Source: an uncultured Bacteroidales bacterium (GTDB taxonomy: Bacteria; Bacteroidota; Bacteroidia; Bacteroidales; JAIOZK01). From it: a stretch of DNA of 64,000 nt. Shown piece by piece: positions 28,415-37,690 of this stretch (position 1 is its first letter; the number at the start of each line of letters is the position of its first letter). Position numbers and translations under genes: made by a program. The stretch lies in NCBI GenBank assembly GCA_964550205.1, contig CAZJYD010000001.1:11506-75505 (forward strand), written 5' to 3'. The notes below the pieces were generated by a model. That model did no database searches. It was not told the origin of the DNA and saw only the letters and a list, made by a program, of their open reading frames with translations.

Positions 28415-28618
28415 ATGGAAGACTGGGTTAAGGTATATTCATCAAATAAAAATTATGATATCAGACTTGTTAAAGGCATGCTTGCTGAAAACGATATTGA
28501 AAGTCAGGAGATAAGTAAAAAAGATTCGTCCTTTCTTATTGGGGGTATCGATCTTTATGTACATCCTGAAGATGAAAAAAAAGCACGCGAAATTATAGGA
28601 AAGCATAGAGAAAAGTGA
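28415..28618 (+). CDS. DUF2007-like small protein (putative signal-transducing fold)
   Basis: 67 aa. The pattern W..VY......A.LVKGMLAENDIE...........LIGGIDLYV...D..KAREII is typical of DUF2007. Confidence 0.6.
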   Translation: MEDWVKVYSSNKNYDIRLVKGMLAENDIESQEISKKDSSFLIGGIDLYVHPEDEKKAREIIGKHREK

Positions 28619-29433
28619 AAGAGCTTATTACACGCACATTAACAGGTATTGTATTTGTTGCAGTATTAATAGGTTCAATTTTATGGAGCCATTATTCTTT
28701 GGCTGTGCTCTTTTTAATTATCACCTTTATAGGATTGAATGAATATTATGATATTGTTAATAAGATACACGGAATTAAGGTATTTAAAATATATGGACTT
28801 ATTACAGGCAGTATAATCTATATATTATTCAGTTTGGTGACAATGGGGTTAATTGAAAAACAAATTCTGCTTATAATATTCCTTTTATTAATTATTCCTT
28901 TTGGTATCGAAATATTTCGGATTAAAGAAAGCAATTCTTCTGATGTAGCGCAAACCCTTCTTGGGGTACTGTATGTAGTGATTCCATTTTCAGCATTGAA
29001 TTTCTTTGTTAATCCAACATTACAGAAACATAATTATTCTCCTGATCTTTTACTGGGCTATTTTATAATTGTATGGTGCTATGATATTTTAGCTTATGTA
29101 ATAGGTTCTCTTGCCGGAAAGCGCAAATTGAGCAAGGAAGTTTCACCTGACAAAACATGGGAAGGCACCCTGGGAGCTGCAATATTGACAATAGGAATTG
29201 CCTACATTGTTTCACTGATTTTTAGTTTATATGTTTTTTATCAATGGGCAATTATTGCTGTAATTATTATTGTTTTCGGTACCTTTGGCGATCTGGCAGA
29301 ATCCAGGTTGAAGAGGAGCATTAATGTTAAAGATTCCGGTCGTATTCTGCCTGCTCATGGAGGTATATTAGACCGGTTTGACGGAGTATTGTTTAGCGCT
29401 CCAGTATTATTAATCTATGTTTTATTATTTTAG
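28615..29433 (+). CDS. cdsA: Phosphatidate cytidylyltransferase
   Basis: Polytopic membrane protein with SPDKTWEG and the C-terminal signature FGDLAESRLKRSINVKDSGRILPAHGGILDRFD. Its GTG start overlaps the upstream stop (GTGA). Confidence 0.9.
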   Translation: MKELITRTLTGIVFVAVLIGSILWSHYSLAVLFLIITFIGLNEYYDIVNKIHGIKVFKIYGLITGSIIYILFSLVTMGLIEKQILLIIFLLLIIPFGIEIFRIKESNSSDVAQTLLGVLYVVIPFSALNFFVNPTLQKHNYSPDLLLGYFIIVWCYDILAYVIGSLAGKRKLSKEVSPDKTWEGTLGAAILTIGIAYIVSLIFSLYVFYQWAIIAVIIIVFGTFGDLAESRLKRSINVKDSGRILPAHGGILDRFDGVLFSAPVLLIYVLLF

Positions 29434-29436
29434 AAT

Positions 29437-30099
29437 ATGAAAGTTCATCCGGCAGGTTATGTAATTATTGTAGCAATTGTACTTTTTGTTGCTGTTGTAT
29501 TATTAATTGTTAATATAATATTTCCTCAACAAGCAATAGCCCATTATATCTTGTATAGTATCGGTTTCGTGTTTCTTATACTTGTTGTGAGGTTTTTTAG
29601 AAAACCTGAAAGAAACACATTGATCGATAAAAATAATATATACAGTTCTGCAGATGGAAAAGTAGTTGCAATTGAAGAAGTTGTTGAAAGTGAGTACACC
29701 AACGGAAAGCGTATACAGGTTTCAGTTTTTATGACGTTGGTTGATGCTCATGTTAACTGGTTTCCTGTTTCAGGAGTGATAAAATATATACATCACAAAA
29801 GCGGGGGAAATTACCCCGCATATTCACCCAAATCTTCTGAAGAGAATGAAAGAAATACAATAGCAATAGAAAATGAAGATGGCAGAATAATAGTAATACG
29901 CCAGATTGCGGGAGTACTGGCGAGGAGAATTGTATGTAAGACAAATACAAATGATCTTGTTAAACAGGGGCAGGAAATCGGAATCATACTTTTCGGTTCC
30001 AGAGTTGATCTTTTTCTTCCGCTTGAAGCCAGATTAAAAGTTAAGCTCCATCAGAAGGTTAAAGGGGGTTCAACACTTATTGCTACACTTGATCAATAA
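29437..30099 (+). CDS. psd: Phosphatidylserine decarboxylase family proenzyme (short form)
   Basis: Two N-terminal TMs, and a FGSRVDLFLP segment containing the GS self-cleavage dipeptide. It is 220 aa and starts 3 nt after cdsA. Confidence 0.8.
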   Translation: MKVHPAGYVIIVAIVLFVAVVLLIVNIIFPQQAIAHYILYSIGFVFLILVVRFFRKPERNTLIDKNNIYSSADGKVVAIEEVVESEYTNGKRIQVSVFMTLVDAHVNWFPVSGVIKYIHHKSGGNYPAYSPKSSEENERNTIAIENEDGRIIVIRQIAGVLARRIVCKTNTNDLVKQGQEIGIILFGSRVDLFLPLEARLKVKLHQKVKGGSTLIATLDQ

Positions 30100-30102
30100 T
30101 TA

Positions 30103-30798
30103 TTACAGAATTGTTTCTATCTCCTTAAGTGTGTTAACTTCATAGGTTACAGTATCATTGTGTGGTAATTTTTTGTAGTTAACGTAAATATGATCCATAT
30201 TTACTGTTTTTGCTCCGTCTATGTCTACTCTCAAATCATCGCCAATCATAAGTGATTCATCAACTTTTGCTCCCGTAGTTCCTAATGCATAAAAAAATAT
30301 TCCTTTATCAGGTTTTTTAACTCCTGCTTTTTCCGAGGTGATTACAGATGTGAAGTATTTTCTCAGATCACCAAGATCTAATTTCTTTTGCTGTACTTCT
30401 TCAAATCCGTTTGTTAACAAATAAAGTTTATATTTTAAATGAAGATATGATAGTATTTCATGAACATAGGGAAACATGTTTATTTTGCGAGGACTATGTA
30501 TGATGTAATACTCTGCAATCTGTTTTGCAAGTTCCTGGTCATCAATCTTAAATTCGTTAAGTGTTAAAATAAACCGTTTTACATTTAACGATTTTTTGGT
30601 TATTTCATTCTTACGGTAATAAGACCACAGAAGGTCGTTTTTCTTATTATATGTTTCAGTAAATTCATCAATTAATTGTATTCCCTTAGTTTTTAATTCG
30701 AATATATCATATATTTCCCTGAATGTTTCTGCTGTACTTTTCTCAAAATCCCATAAGGTTCTGTCGAAATCGATGAAAACATGTTTGTATTTCTTCAT
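30103..30798 (-). CDS. HAD-superfamily hydrolase (YjjG-like nucleotidase subfamily)
   Basis: Motif I FIDFDRTLWDF (DxDxT), LLTNG, KKPD, and motif IV MIGDDLRVDIDGA. Confidence 0.75.
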   Translation of the reverse strand: MKKYKHVFIDFDRTLWDFEKSTAETFREIYDIFELKTKGIQLIDEFTETYNKKNDLLWSYYRKNEITKKSLNVKRFILTLNEFKIDDQELAKQIAEYYIIHSPRKINMFPYVHEILSYLHLKYKLYLLTNGFEEVQQKKLDLGDLRKYFTSVITSEKAGVKKPDKGIFFYALGTTGAKVDESLMIGDDLRVDIDGAKTVNMDHIYVNYKKLPHNDTVTYEVNTLKEIETIL

Positions 30799-30854
30799 TT
30801 AAGACAAATCAATATTTTAATGGTGTTATAAATTTTGGCTAATTTGCTGCTCAT

Positions 30855-32390
30855 TTATTTTCTTATTACAAGCTTTTTTGCAGCTATTCCTTCGTTTGTA
30901 AAAATATTAATGAAATAGATACCATTACTGTATTTTGAAGTATTTATTCTTGATTTTTGTTTATCAGGCTTGATGGTATTAACTATTTTTCCGATATTGT
31001 TTAAAAGCTCAATTTTCAGGATTTTTAAACTAGATTCAATATTGATATAATTTCTTGCGGGTACCGGATAAATACTAACATTATCAGTAATATTATTTAT
31101 TTCACCCACATCTGCATTAATATCCACAAGAATATTATCCACCATAAAGATGAAATTATCATCTGATACGCATTGTATACCAAGATTCACGTCTTTTGAT
31201 GAATAATCTGATAAATCGTACGAGAATTTTGTCCATGTTAATGGTGCTTCCCGGGGATTATCTCCTGAGATAATATCAAAGTTTTCGGGATCTGGTCCTT
31301 CCGTTGATATTCCCACATTAAATTTATCCGGTCCATAATCATGTGTATACGACTTTGCCCAAAAGGAAAAAACAGAATTTGAACCGAGCTTTACTGTTGG
31401 CGAGACCAGCCAATCATTATTTGTTGTTGGCGGTATTGAAGAAAAACAAGCTCCAAATCTCTTCCCGTTATATGGCTGAATAGAAGGATCATTGGTCATT
31501 GGTGGATCAACAGTTTCAGGATTGAATGCTATGAATGCCATGGGTGCATTATTATTCGGAAAAGTATGCTGGTCAATAGAATAGGTGTATGCTCCATCAA
31601 GATCATATGCATGCCAGGGATCAAAAGTTAATGACCAGTCGGGTACTTCCTCAAAAGTAAGCTCGAACTTATCCTGCTGACTTGATGTATCTGTTACTGT
31701 TATATCATCAATCATCAGAATAAATGTGTCGAATGAAACACATTGTATTGCAATATAAATATCATTACCTGAATAGGCAGATAGTTCGTAGGCATATTGT
31801 GTCCATGAGGTTGGTACCTCGAGGGGGGTACCGCCTGAAATTACGGTAAAATCCTCGGGATTGGCTGATGTTGTTGAAACTGCAACATTTATTTTTTCCA
31901 GACCCCATTCATCTGTGTATGATTTAGCATAGAATTTCAAATTATAATCCGTTGTGTCAATAGTGATCTGTGGTGTGATTAGCCAGTCATCATTGCCCTG
32001 ACCACCATTAGGCTTTGAAGCAAAACATGCGACAAATTTATTTCCCGAATGAGGTTGTATTGAAGGATCACTTGATAGAGATGGCTGGGTGGAATCAGGG
32101 TTAAAAACTATGAATGACATAGCTTCGCCAGCATGAGGAAAAGTAACATCTTCGATTCCGTAAGTTGATAATCCGTCTACATCGATTGTAGTCCAGGGAG
32201 TAAGATCAAGTGTGAAGCACTGGTAACCTTCAAAACCTTCATCGATTATATTATTTGGATTACGTAATAATAAATTTTCCTGGCTTGCAATTTCTAAAGT
32301 TCTTTTACTGATGTTATTACTTCTTTGAACTTGTGCGCTTGAAACTACTGTTATTAAAGCTATTCCTAATGTTAATATTTGTTTTCTCAT
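30855..32390 (-). CDS. T9SS type A sorting-domain protein with two tandem choice-of-anchor-J/cleaved-adhesin-like domains
   Basis: Signal peptide followed by two ~190-aa internal repeats (DPSIQPHSGNKFVACF...NDDWLITP...FYAKSYTDEWG and DPSIQPYNGKRFGACF...NNDWLVSP...FWAKSYTHDYG). The C-terminal Por-secretion tail is VSIYPVPARNYINI...GIYFINIFT. Confidence 0.8.
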   Translation of the reverse strand: MRKQILTLGIALITVVSSAQVQRSNNISKRTLEIASQENLLLRNPNNIIDEGFEGYQCFTLDLTPWTTIDVDGLSTYGIEDVTFPHAGEAMSFIVFNPDSTQPSLSSDPSIQPHSGNKFVACFASKPNGGQGNDDWLITPQITIDTTDYNLKFYAKSYTDEWGLEKINVAVSTTSANPEDFTVISGGTPLEVPTSWTQYAYELSAYSGNDIYIAIQCVSFDTFILMIDDITVTDTSSQQDKFELTFEEVPDWSLTFDPWHAYDLDGAYTYSIDQHTFPNNNAPMAFIAFNPETVDPPMTNDPSIQPYNGKRFGACFSSIPPTTNNDWLVSPTVKLGSNSVFSFWAKSYTHDYGPDKFNVGISTEGPDPENFDIISGDNPREAPLTWTKFSYDLSDYSSKDVNLGIQCVSDDNFIFMVDNILVDINADVGEINNITDNVSIYPVPARNYINIESSLKILKIELLNNIGKIVNTIKPDKQKSRINTSKYSNGIYFINIFTNEGIAAKKLVIRK

Positions 32391-32482
32391 GTTCTCTATT
32401 TTTCTTTTTCAATAAAATTAATAAAAATAATCCAACACCTACGGCGTTGTTTTTTCTTTTTAATATTATTAGCTACAATAAT

Positions 32483-32501
32483 ACGACTTCTCAGAAGTCG
32501 T
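32483..32501. repeat. Hairpin ACGACTTC-TCA-GAAGTCGT (GACTT/AAGTC family)
   Basis: Perfect 8-bp stem with a 3-nt loop, followed by GTTTTCTGTTT. It shares its core with 5227-5241 and 5276-5290. Confidence 0.6.
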
Positions 32502-32544
32502 GTTTTCTGTTTGGTTAATATATTCTTTGATGAGGATCTGCTAC

Positions 32545-32582
32545 ATTGATTAGGTGTAGCGAGGACGCTACACCTAATCAAT
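32545..32582. repeat. Perfect 17-bp-stem hairpin ATTGATTAGGTGTAGCG-AGGA-CGCTACACCTAATCAAT (GTAGCG family)
   Basis: Read directly; the arms are exact reverse complements. The core is identical to 5561-5578. Confidence 0.7.
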
Positions 32583-32594
32583 AGTGCAAACCAC

Positions 32595-32629
32595 AAAAAA
32601 CCTGCAAAGTATAAACTTCACAGGGTTTT
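32595..32629 (-). terminator. Probable intrinsic terminator of the peroxiredoxin gene
   Basis: The minus strand reads AAAACCCTGTGAAGT-TTAT-ACTTTGCAGGTTTTTT, an imperfect ~11-bp stem followed by a T-run, starting about 17 nt after the stop. Confidence 0.5.
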
Positions 32630-32645
32630 ATGATTTCTAATAGTC

Positions 32646-33284
32646 TTACTTCTTATGTTTACTAAGATAATCTGCAATGCCATCGGAGGTTGCTTGCAAG
32701 CCCTCATCACCTTTATGCCAGTCGGCAGGGCAAACCTGACCGTTCTCTTCGAAGAACTGCAATGCATCCACCATACGCAATGTTTCCTCCACACTACGTC
32801 CTAAAGGCATGTCATTAACAACCTGATGACGTACTGTGCCCTGTCGGTCAATTAAAAACAAACCTCTGTATGATACAGGCTCTCCGTCAAATTCCATTTC
32901 TCCTTCTTCATTATAATCATACTCACCTGCCAAAACATCAAAGTTTTTAGAGATTGTCTTGGAAAGATCAGATACAATAGGATATTTAACTCCCTGTATT
33001 CCGCCTTTTTCCTGCGGTGTATTAAGCCATGCCCAATGAGAATATTTTGAATCAACAGAACACCCTACTATCTGGGTGTCTCTTTTTTCAAATTCTTCAA
33101 TCTTGTTCTGGAAAGCTATTAACTCAGTCGGACATACAAAAGTAAAATCCGCAGGGTAGAAAAAGAAAACTACATATTTCTTTCCTATGTATTCCTTTAA
33201 TGAAAACTTTTCAACTATTTCACTACCATTAATAACAGCATCTTCTTCAAATAATGGTGCTTTTTTTCCTGTTAAAACTGCCAT
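32646..33284 (-). CDS. Peroxiredoxin (typical 2-Cys, AhpC/Tsa family)
   Basis: FFFYPADFTFVCPTELIAF carries the peroxidatic Cys, and a resolving Cys lies in GQVCPADW; 212 aa. Confidence 0.9.
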   Translation of the reverse strand: MAVLTGKKAPLFEEDAVINGSEIVEKFSLKEYIGKKYVVFFFYPADFTFVCPTELIAFQNKIEEFEKRDTQIVGCSVDSKYSHWAWLNTPQEKGGIQGVKYPIVSDLSKTISKNFDVLAGEYDYNEEGEMEFDGEPVSYRGLFLIDRQGTVRHQVVNDMPLGRSVEETLRMVDALQFFEENGQVCPADWHKGDEGLQATSDGIADYLSKHKK

Positions 33285-33329
33285 ATCTATTTATATTTAT
33301 TTAATTCTTACTTTATTTATTTTACACTA

Positions 33330-33337
33330 CAAAAATA
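33330..33337 (-). promoter_or_regulatory. Candidate -7 box (TATTTTTG on the minus strand) for the peroxiredoxin gene
   Basis: The plus strand reads CAAAAATA, about 46 nt upstream of the start at 33284. Confidence 0.35.
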
Positions 33338-33371
33338 AAAAAATTCCTTATTTAGAAAAAATACAAATTAT

Positions 33372-34853
33372 TTAAAGAATAGTATTAGGATCAAACTCAA
33401 TTTTTTTGTCTTTCATGAAATCATAAAGTGTAAGTTTTCGAAGCTCATAAAAGCTTATCCAGTATTTTTTCAATGCATTATAATAACCCTTCTTTGCATT
33501 ATCGTTATCCAGTTGAGCATTATTAAGCTCCAGAACATCATTTACTTTTCCTATTAAGTACCTTTGCTGGGTTACATCATATCTTTTCTGCGCCACGGTA
33601 TCAGCTTTTGCAGCTATATACAATTGTTTTTTCTGCATATGGAATTTAATAACTTTCAAAAAGATATTCTGTTCAAAGTCAATTTTTTCCTGCTCCACTG
33701 ATGTCCGCACTAACTCCTGACCGGATTCGGCCATTTTAATTCGGCCTTTTGCCCTGCCCCAATCCAGAATGGGAAGATTTAAACCCAATACGACTTGTTG
33801 CTGATCAAGCGGATCCTGATAAACCATATCCAACCCTTCGGCTGTCTGCGTTAAACCGAAAACTGCATAAACTTCAGCATCGAAGCGTCCTTCCATTTTA
33901 GCGCGGTTTACATTACTTTCTGCTTCCATTAATCTTCTTGTAAAAGACAAACTAACGGATGTATTATTTCTGGCTTCTTCAACTGCTTTTAAAGCATTAA
34001 CCTGAAAATGATAAGTTTGCACAGGTGGTATAAGTTCAATCTTTTCTTCATCTTTAATTCTGAGGTAGGATTTAAGCTTGAACAAATTATTTTCATAATC
34101 CAAATCCGCATTATCAACTGCAGCTTCGGCCCTGAGTAAATTAAGCTCAAGTTGAAGTAATTCATTTTCGGCTATCTTACCAAGATTATAACGGCCCCTG
34201 GCAATATGATACAAAGTGTCGTAATTTGAAAGGTTCTTTGCTGCAATTTCTTTTTCTATCTGGGATAATAAAAGATTGAAGAAGTATTGTGTTGCGGTTA
34301 TATTAATCTGTTCAATGTCTTCCAGATACTGTTGCCTGGCTTCATCATATTTCATGGGTTCGATCTTCTTATCCCACTTATATGCATTGTATTTAAAAAT
34401 AGGTTGACTATAACCAATATTTACAGGGGTTGACAGATAAGATATTGATGTTGAGGTGTCCAGAATATTAGCATTTCTTACCAGTCCCGATCGCAGAAAT
34501 ACCTGACCTCCTGTAAATCCGACTTTTTGGTTAATAGACAATTCCGCTGAATATTCCGTAAATTTTCTCTCACGGTATTCTGTACTTCCGTCGGGCTGTA
34601 CTACGGCGTCAATGGAACGGTTGAAATTAGGCAGGGTACCACTTAAATTAACAGAAGGCAAATAATCTGCTTTGTATGTTTTATATTCCCAGTAACTTCT
34701 TCTGAACTTGTGCTTGGCTATCAGTGCATCGGGAGATTGCTGGTGTGCAAGGTAAGTGACATCTTCAAGAGTTAAACTGTTTATGTCTTCCTGTGAAAAC
34801 AAATAAATTGAAATCAAAACATTTAAGCTAATAATAAATACCTTTTTAATCAT
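33372..34853 (-). CDS. TolC-family outer membrane efflux protein
   Basis: Signal peptide. It has two repeats of the OEP helical/beta pattern (LTLEDV..LA...SPD; RYNLGKI..NELLQLEL; RYLIGKVNDVLELNNAQ). Length is 493 aa. Confidence 0.85.
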   Translation of the reverse strand: MIKKVFIISLNVLISIYLFSQEDINSLTLEDVTYLAHQQSPDALIAKHKFRRSYWEYKTYKADYLPSVNLSGTLPNFNRSIDAVVQPDGSTEYRERKFTEYSAELSINQKVGFTGGQVFLRSGLVRNANILDTSTSISYLSTPVNIGYSQPIFKYNAYKWDKKIEPMKYDEARQQYLEDIEQINITATQYFFNLLLSQIEKEIAAKNLSNYDTLYHIARGRYNLGKIAENELLQLELNLLRAEAAVDNADLDYENNLFKLKSYLRIKDEEKIELIPPVQTYHFQVNALKAVEEARNNTSVSLSFTRRLMEAESNVNRAKMEGRFDAEVYAVFGLTQTAEGLDMVYQDPLDQQQVVLGLNLPILDWGRAKGRIKMAESGQELVRTSVEQEKIDFEQNIFLKVIKFHMQKKQLYIAAKADTVAQKRYDVTQQRYLIGKVNDVLELNNAQLDNDNAKKGYYNALKKYWISFYELRKLTLYDFMKDKKIEFDPNTIL

Positions 34854-34874
34854 TGATTTTTTATTTTCAATCTT

Positions 34875-36236
34875 TTAATCATGTCTTAGAGATTCAAGAG
34901 GATCTTGGTTGGCAGCTTTTTTAGCTGGCATATATCCGAATAGAATACCTACAAAAACGGCCACTCCAAAAGAAATAATTATAGACCAGGGAGAAATAAT
35001 AGTAAGAATATCTGTTGTTTTCATAATTATCTTCGACAGGGCAATTCCAAGTATTATACCGATAATACCGCCGGTTACACTTATTAGTGTAGCTTCCGAA
35101 AGAAACTGGAAAATGATATCCTTCATTCGTGCACCAGTGGCCATCCGAACCCCTATTTCCCTTATTCTTTCCATAACCGATGCAAGCATGATATTCATAA
35201 TGCCAATTCCTCCTACTATCAATGAAATACTTGCAATGGCTCCCAGTACAATATTAAAGATTTCTTTAGTTCTCTGTTCCTGCTTCAGCAATAATTCCGG
35301 CACCAGGATCTCAAAATCCTTAACATCCTGATGACGCCGGATAAGCATATCTCTGATTGCTTTTGTAGTTGGTTTAAGCTGTTCGCTTTTTTCCACTTGT
35401 ATAATAATTTTGTCAAGCTGGTTAAGATTTTCCCTCTCGCCTTCTCCACTGCTACTGCTAAAAGATGCAACACCTCCATTGAAAATAACGATTTCACTGC
35501 CGCCACTAAGTAGAGATCGCTTGGTTACCAATGAACGGTCTTTAAACCTGAGTAAGACAGTTTGTAATGGAGAATAGATATTTCTATCGTAGCTGCTTAT
35601 GCCAAATTCTTCATAATCCTCATTCATTATTCCACGGTCTTCGAGTATTCCAATTACTTTAAGCCAAATGCTTCCACACTTGATATGCTTTCCTATTGGT
35701 TTCTCGTTTGGAAAAAATTTCGCAGCAATAGAGGGAGTTATAATGCATACCGGGCTTCCTTTTTTTAAATGTGAGTCACCAAATAATTGGCCTTCATCTA
35801 CTGCCAGACTATATACTTCAAAAAAATTGTTGGTAACTCCGTTGAGTAATGCAGGACTACGCTTTCCGCCTTTAATAATATAAGTATTATAAGTGACCTG
35901 TGGGCTTATTCTGCTGACGGTTGGAATAATTTCCTGCATGCTTTCGGCATCCTGAAGAGTTAATCCTGGAGTGTATTTCTTACTCATGCTTTTCCCGTCT
36001 TCTTCTTCCGACTCTCCATTTTGCGAGACTTTAAGAATTGGTGTAATTACAATATTATTAACACCAACCATTTTTATCTGATTAAGTATTTCCTGCCTGG
36101 CGCCATTACCTATGGCAAGCATTGCAATTACAGCCGCAACTCCGAAAATGATTCCCAGTGCAGTTAAAAAGGATCTGAATTTATTGGTTAGAATTGCTTC
36201 AAGGGCAATGTTAATAATTTGCAAATATCTTTCCAC
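34875..36236 (-). CDS. ABC transporter permease, MacB-like (MacB periplasmic core + FtsX domains), no fused ATPase
   Basis: The N-terminus (I.IALEAILTNKFRSFLTALGIIFGVAAVIAMLAIG) is typical of MacB/FtsX permeases. It has a large periplasmic loop and a C-terminal 3-TM FtsX domain (IMLASVMERIREIGVRMATGAR..DI..QFL.EA). Confidence 0.85.
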   Translation of the reverse strand: MERYLQIINIALEAILTNKFRSFLTALGIIFGVAAVIAMLAIGNGARQEILNQIKMVGVNNIVITPILKVSQNGESEEEDGKSMSKKYTPGLTLQDAESMQEIIPTVSRISPQVTYNTYIIKGGKRSPALLNGVTNNFFEVYSLAVDEGQLFGDSHLKKGSPVCIITPSIAAKFFPNEKPIGKHIKCGSIWLKVIGILEDRGIMNEDYEEFGISSYDRNIYSPLQTVLLRFKDRSLVTKRSLLSGGSEIVIFNGGVASFSSSSGEGERENLNQLDKIIIQVEKSEQLKPTTKAIRDMLIRRHQDVKDFEILVPELLLKQEQRTKEIFNIVLGAIASISLIVGGIGIMNIMLASVMERIREIGVRMATGARMKDIIFQFLSEATLISVTGGIIGIILGIALSKIIMKTTDILTIISPWSIIISFGVAVFVGILFGYMPAKKAANQDPLESLRHD

Positions 36237-36270
36237 AACTTAATTGATTTTGCTTTATCAGAGTTTCGGG

Positions 36271-37668
36271 CTATTTATCTTTTCCTTTGCTGTTTTCCGC
36301 ATCATTAGTTATTTGTTTCGGCCTGCCGGGTTTTTTCCCTGTTTTTACTTTTTTGTTTTCTTTTGGTGTTTCGATTATAGTATCTTGTTGTTTCACTTTT
36401 TCGATTATTGTCTCGTATTTATTAATAATTGCAGTATCTAATAAATCATATCTATAATCTTCAGCATCGTCAGGGGCAACAAGATAAATTTCCTCGCCTT
36501 TCTCAAGTCCGGCCAGGATTACAATTTCGTTTTCATTACTTTGTCCGCTTATCACTTGTCTCTTTTTGTCGGAGGTGTATACATAGGTTAAACTGTCATT
36601 ACTTTGAATACATTCAATAGGAATGAATAAAACACTATCCATCACTGCTGTAATAATTCTGTTTTTTGTTGTCATAGCCGGACGTAAAATGGAATCATAT
36701 TCATTCACATCTATGATCACCTCAAATACCTTGGCATTCGAGTTCCGCATTTGCTGACCTATATTAGCTACTTCACGAACTTCACCGGTATATTGTTTTT
36801 CAGGAAAAGCATCCACTCCAATTTCAACCTGCTGGCCTGGTTTTACCTTGCTAATATCTATTTCGTTAACGTATGTTTTTGAAATCATTTTTGTTAGATT
36901 AGGCAAGGTTGCTACAACAGGATCCCAGGAACTTACCTGTGCACCTACGCCCATTTTTTTACCATCCCATCCTCTGCGGTATATTACCATACCTGCCTTG
37001 GGAGCTCTTACTTCAAAACCCTCAAGCACTTTGTTCATCTCAGCTATTTTATTTGTGGCTTTTTTTAATGATGTGGTTACTTCCTGCATATTGGCTTTTG
37101 CCTTTTCCAGTTTTAACTGATAATTTTCCACTGCTTGTTCGTAAGCCCGTTTTGCCTTATCAAGATCTATCTTTGCCTGTCGCTGGGTAGCCGGTGGTTC
37201 ATATACAGACTGATCCACAACGATCTGTTTTTCTTCAAGGTTATACTTTAGATTTACAAGTTCATCACGTGCCGCACGAAGTTCCATTGTTGTATCAAGC
37301 TGCGTTTTGGTAAATTGGGTCTGCAGCTTTTCCAGCTCAAGCTCCTCATCTTTAATTTTGTTCATTAGTTCTGTACGATCCAGGGTAGCTACATAATCGC
37401 CCGAATCCACAACCGTTCCATCATTTATGATATCTTCTATGGTTACGCGCCATATTCTCACCGCTCGTAAGTTGGAAGGACCCATTATTTTTTCTGATTC
37501 TTTGGCTTCAAGTTCACCTGTGGTAGTGACATCTATTTCAAAACTGCCATATTCTACCGTTACCATTATAGTATTCTCCTGCTTTGTTGAGGGAGTTAAA
37601 CTCAGCCAAATAATAACACCAATTATTATAATGAAAGCAACAATGAGATAGATCCTGTTTTTTTTCAT
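36271..37668 (-). CDS. Efflux periplasmic adaptor subunit (HlyD/MacA-like)
   Basis: N-terminal TM, long coiled-coil hairpin, barrel-sandwich and beta-barrel segments (VKPGQQVEIGVDAFP...YTGEV..V). It also has a ~40-aa K-rich C-terminal tail. Confidence 0.85.
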   Translation of the reverse strand: MKKNRIYLIVAFIIIIGVIIWLSLTPSTKQENTIMVTVEYGSFEIDVTTTGELEAKESEKIMGPSNLRAVRIWRVTIEDIINDGTVVDSGDYVATLDRTELMNKIKDEELELEKLQTQFTKTQLDTTMELRAARDELVNLKYNLEEKQIVVDQSVYEPPATQRQAKIDLDKAKRAYEQAVENYQLKLEKAKANMQEVTTSLKKATNKIAEMNKVLEGFEVRAPKAGMVIYRRGWDGKKMGVGAQVSSWDPVVATLPNLTKMISKTYVNEIDISKVKPGQQVEIGVDAFPEKQYTGEVREVANIGQQMRNSNAKVFEVIIDVNEYDSILRPAMTTKNRIITAVMDSVLFIPIECIQSNDSLTYVYTSDKKRQVISGQSNENEIVILAGLEKGEEIYLVAPDDAEDYRYDLLDTAIINKYETIIEKVKQQDTIIETPKENKKVKTGKKPGRPKQITNDAENSKGKDK

Positions 37669-37690
37669 TTTATGATGGATTGATAATTAA

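Noticed and set aside
32333-32596. Two overlapping 61-66-aa ORFs on opposite strands (32333-32518 on the plus strand, 32396-32596 on the minus strand) in the peroxiredoxin/T9SS-cargo intergenic region.
   Set aside because: Their translations are poly-F/K/L low-complexity sequence that spans the hairpin repeats. The region is better explained as non-coding repeat, terminator and promoter DNA.
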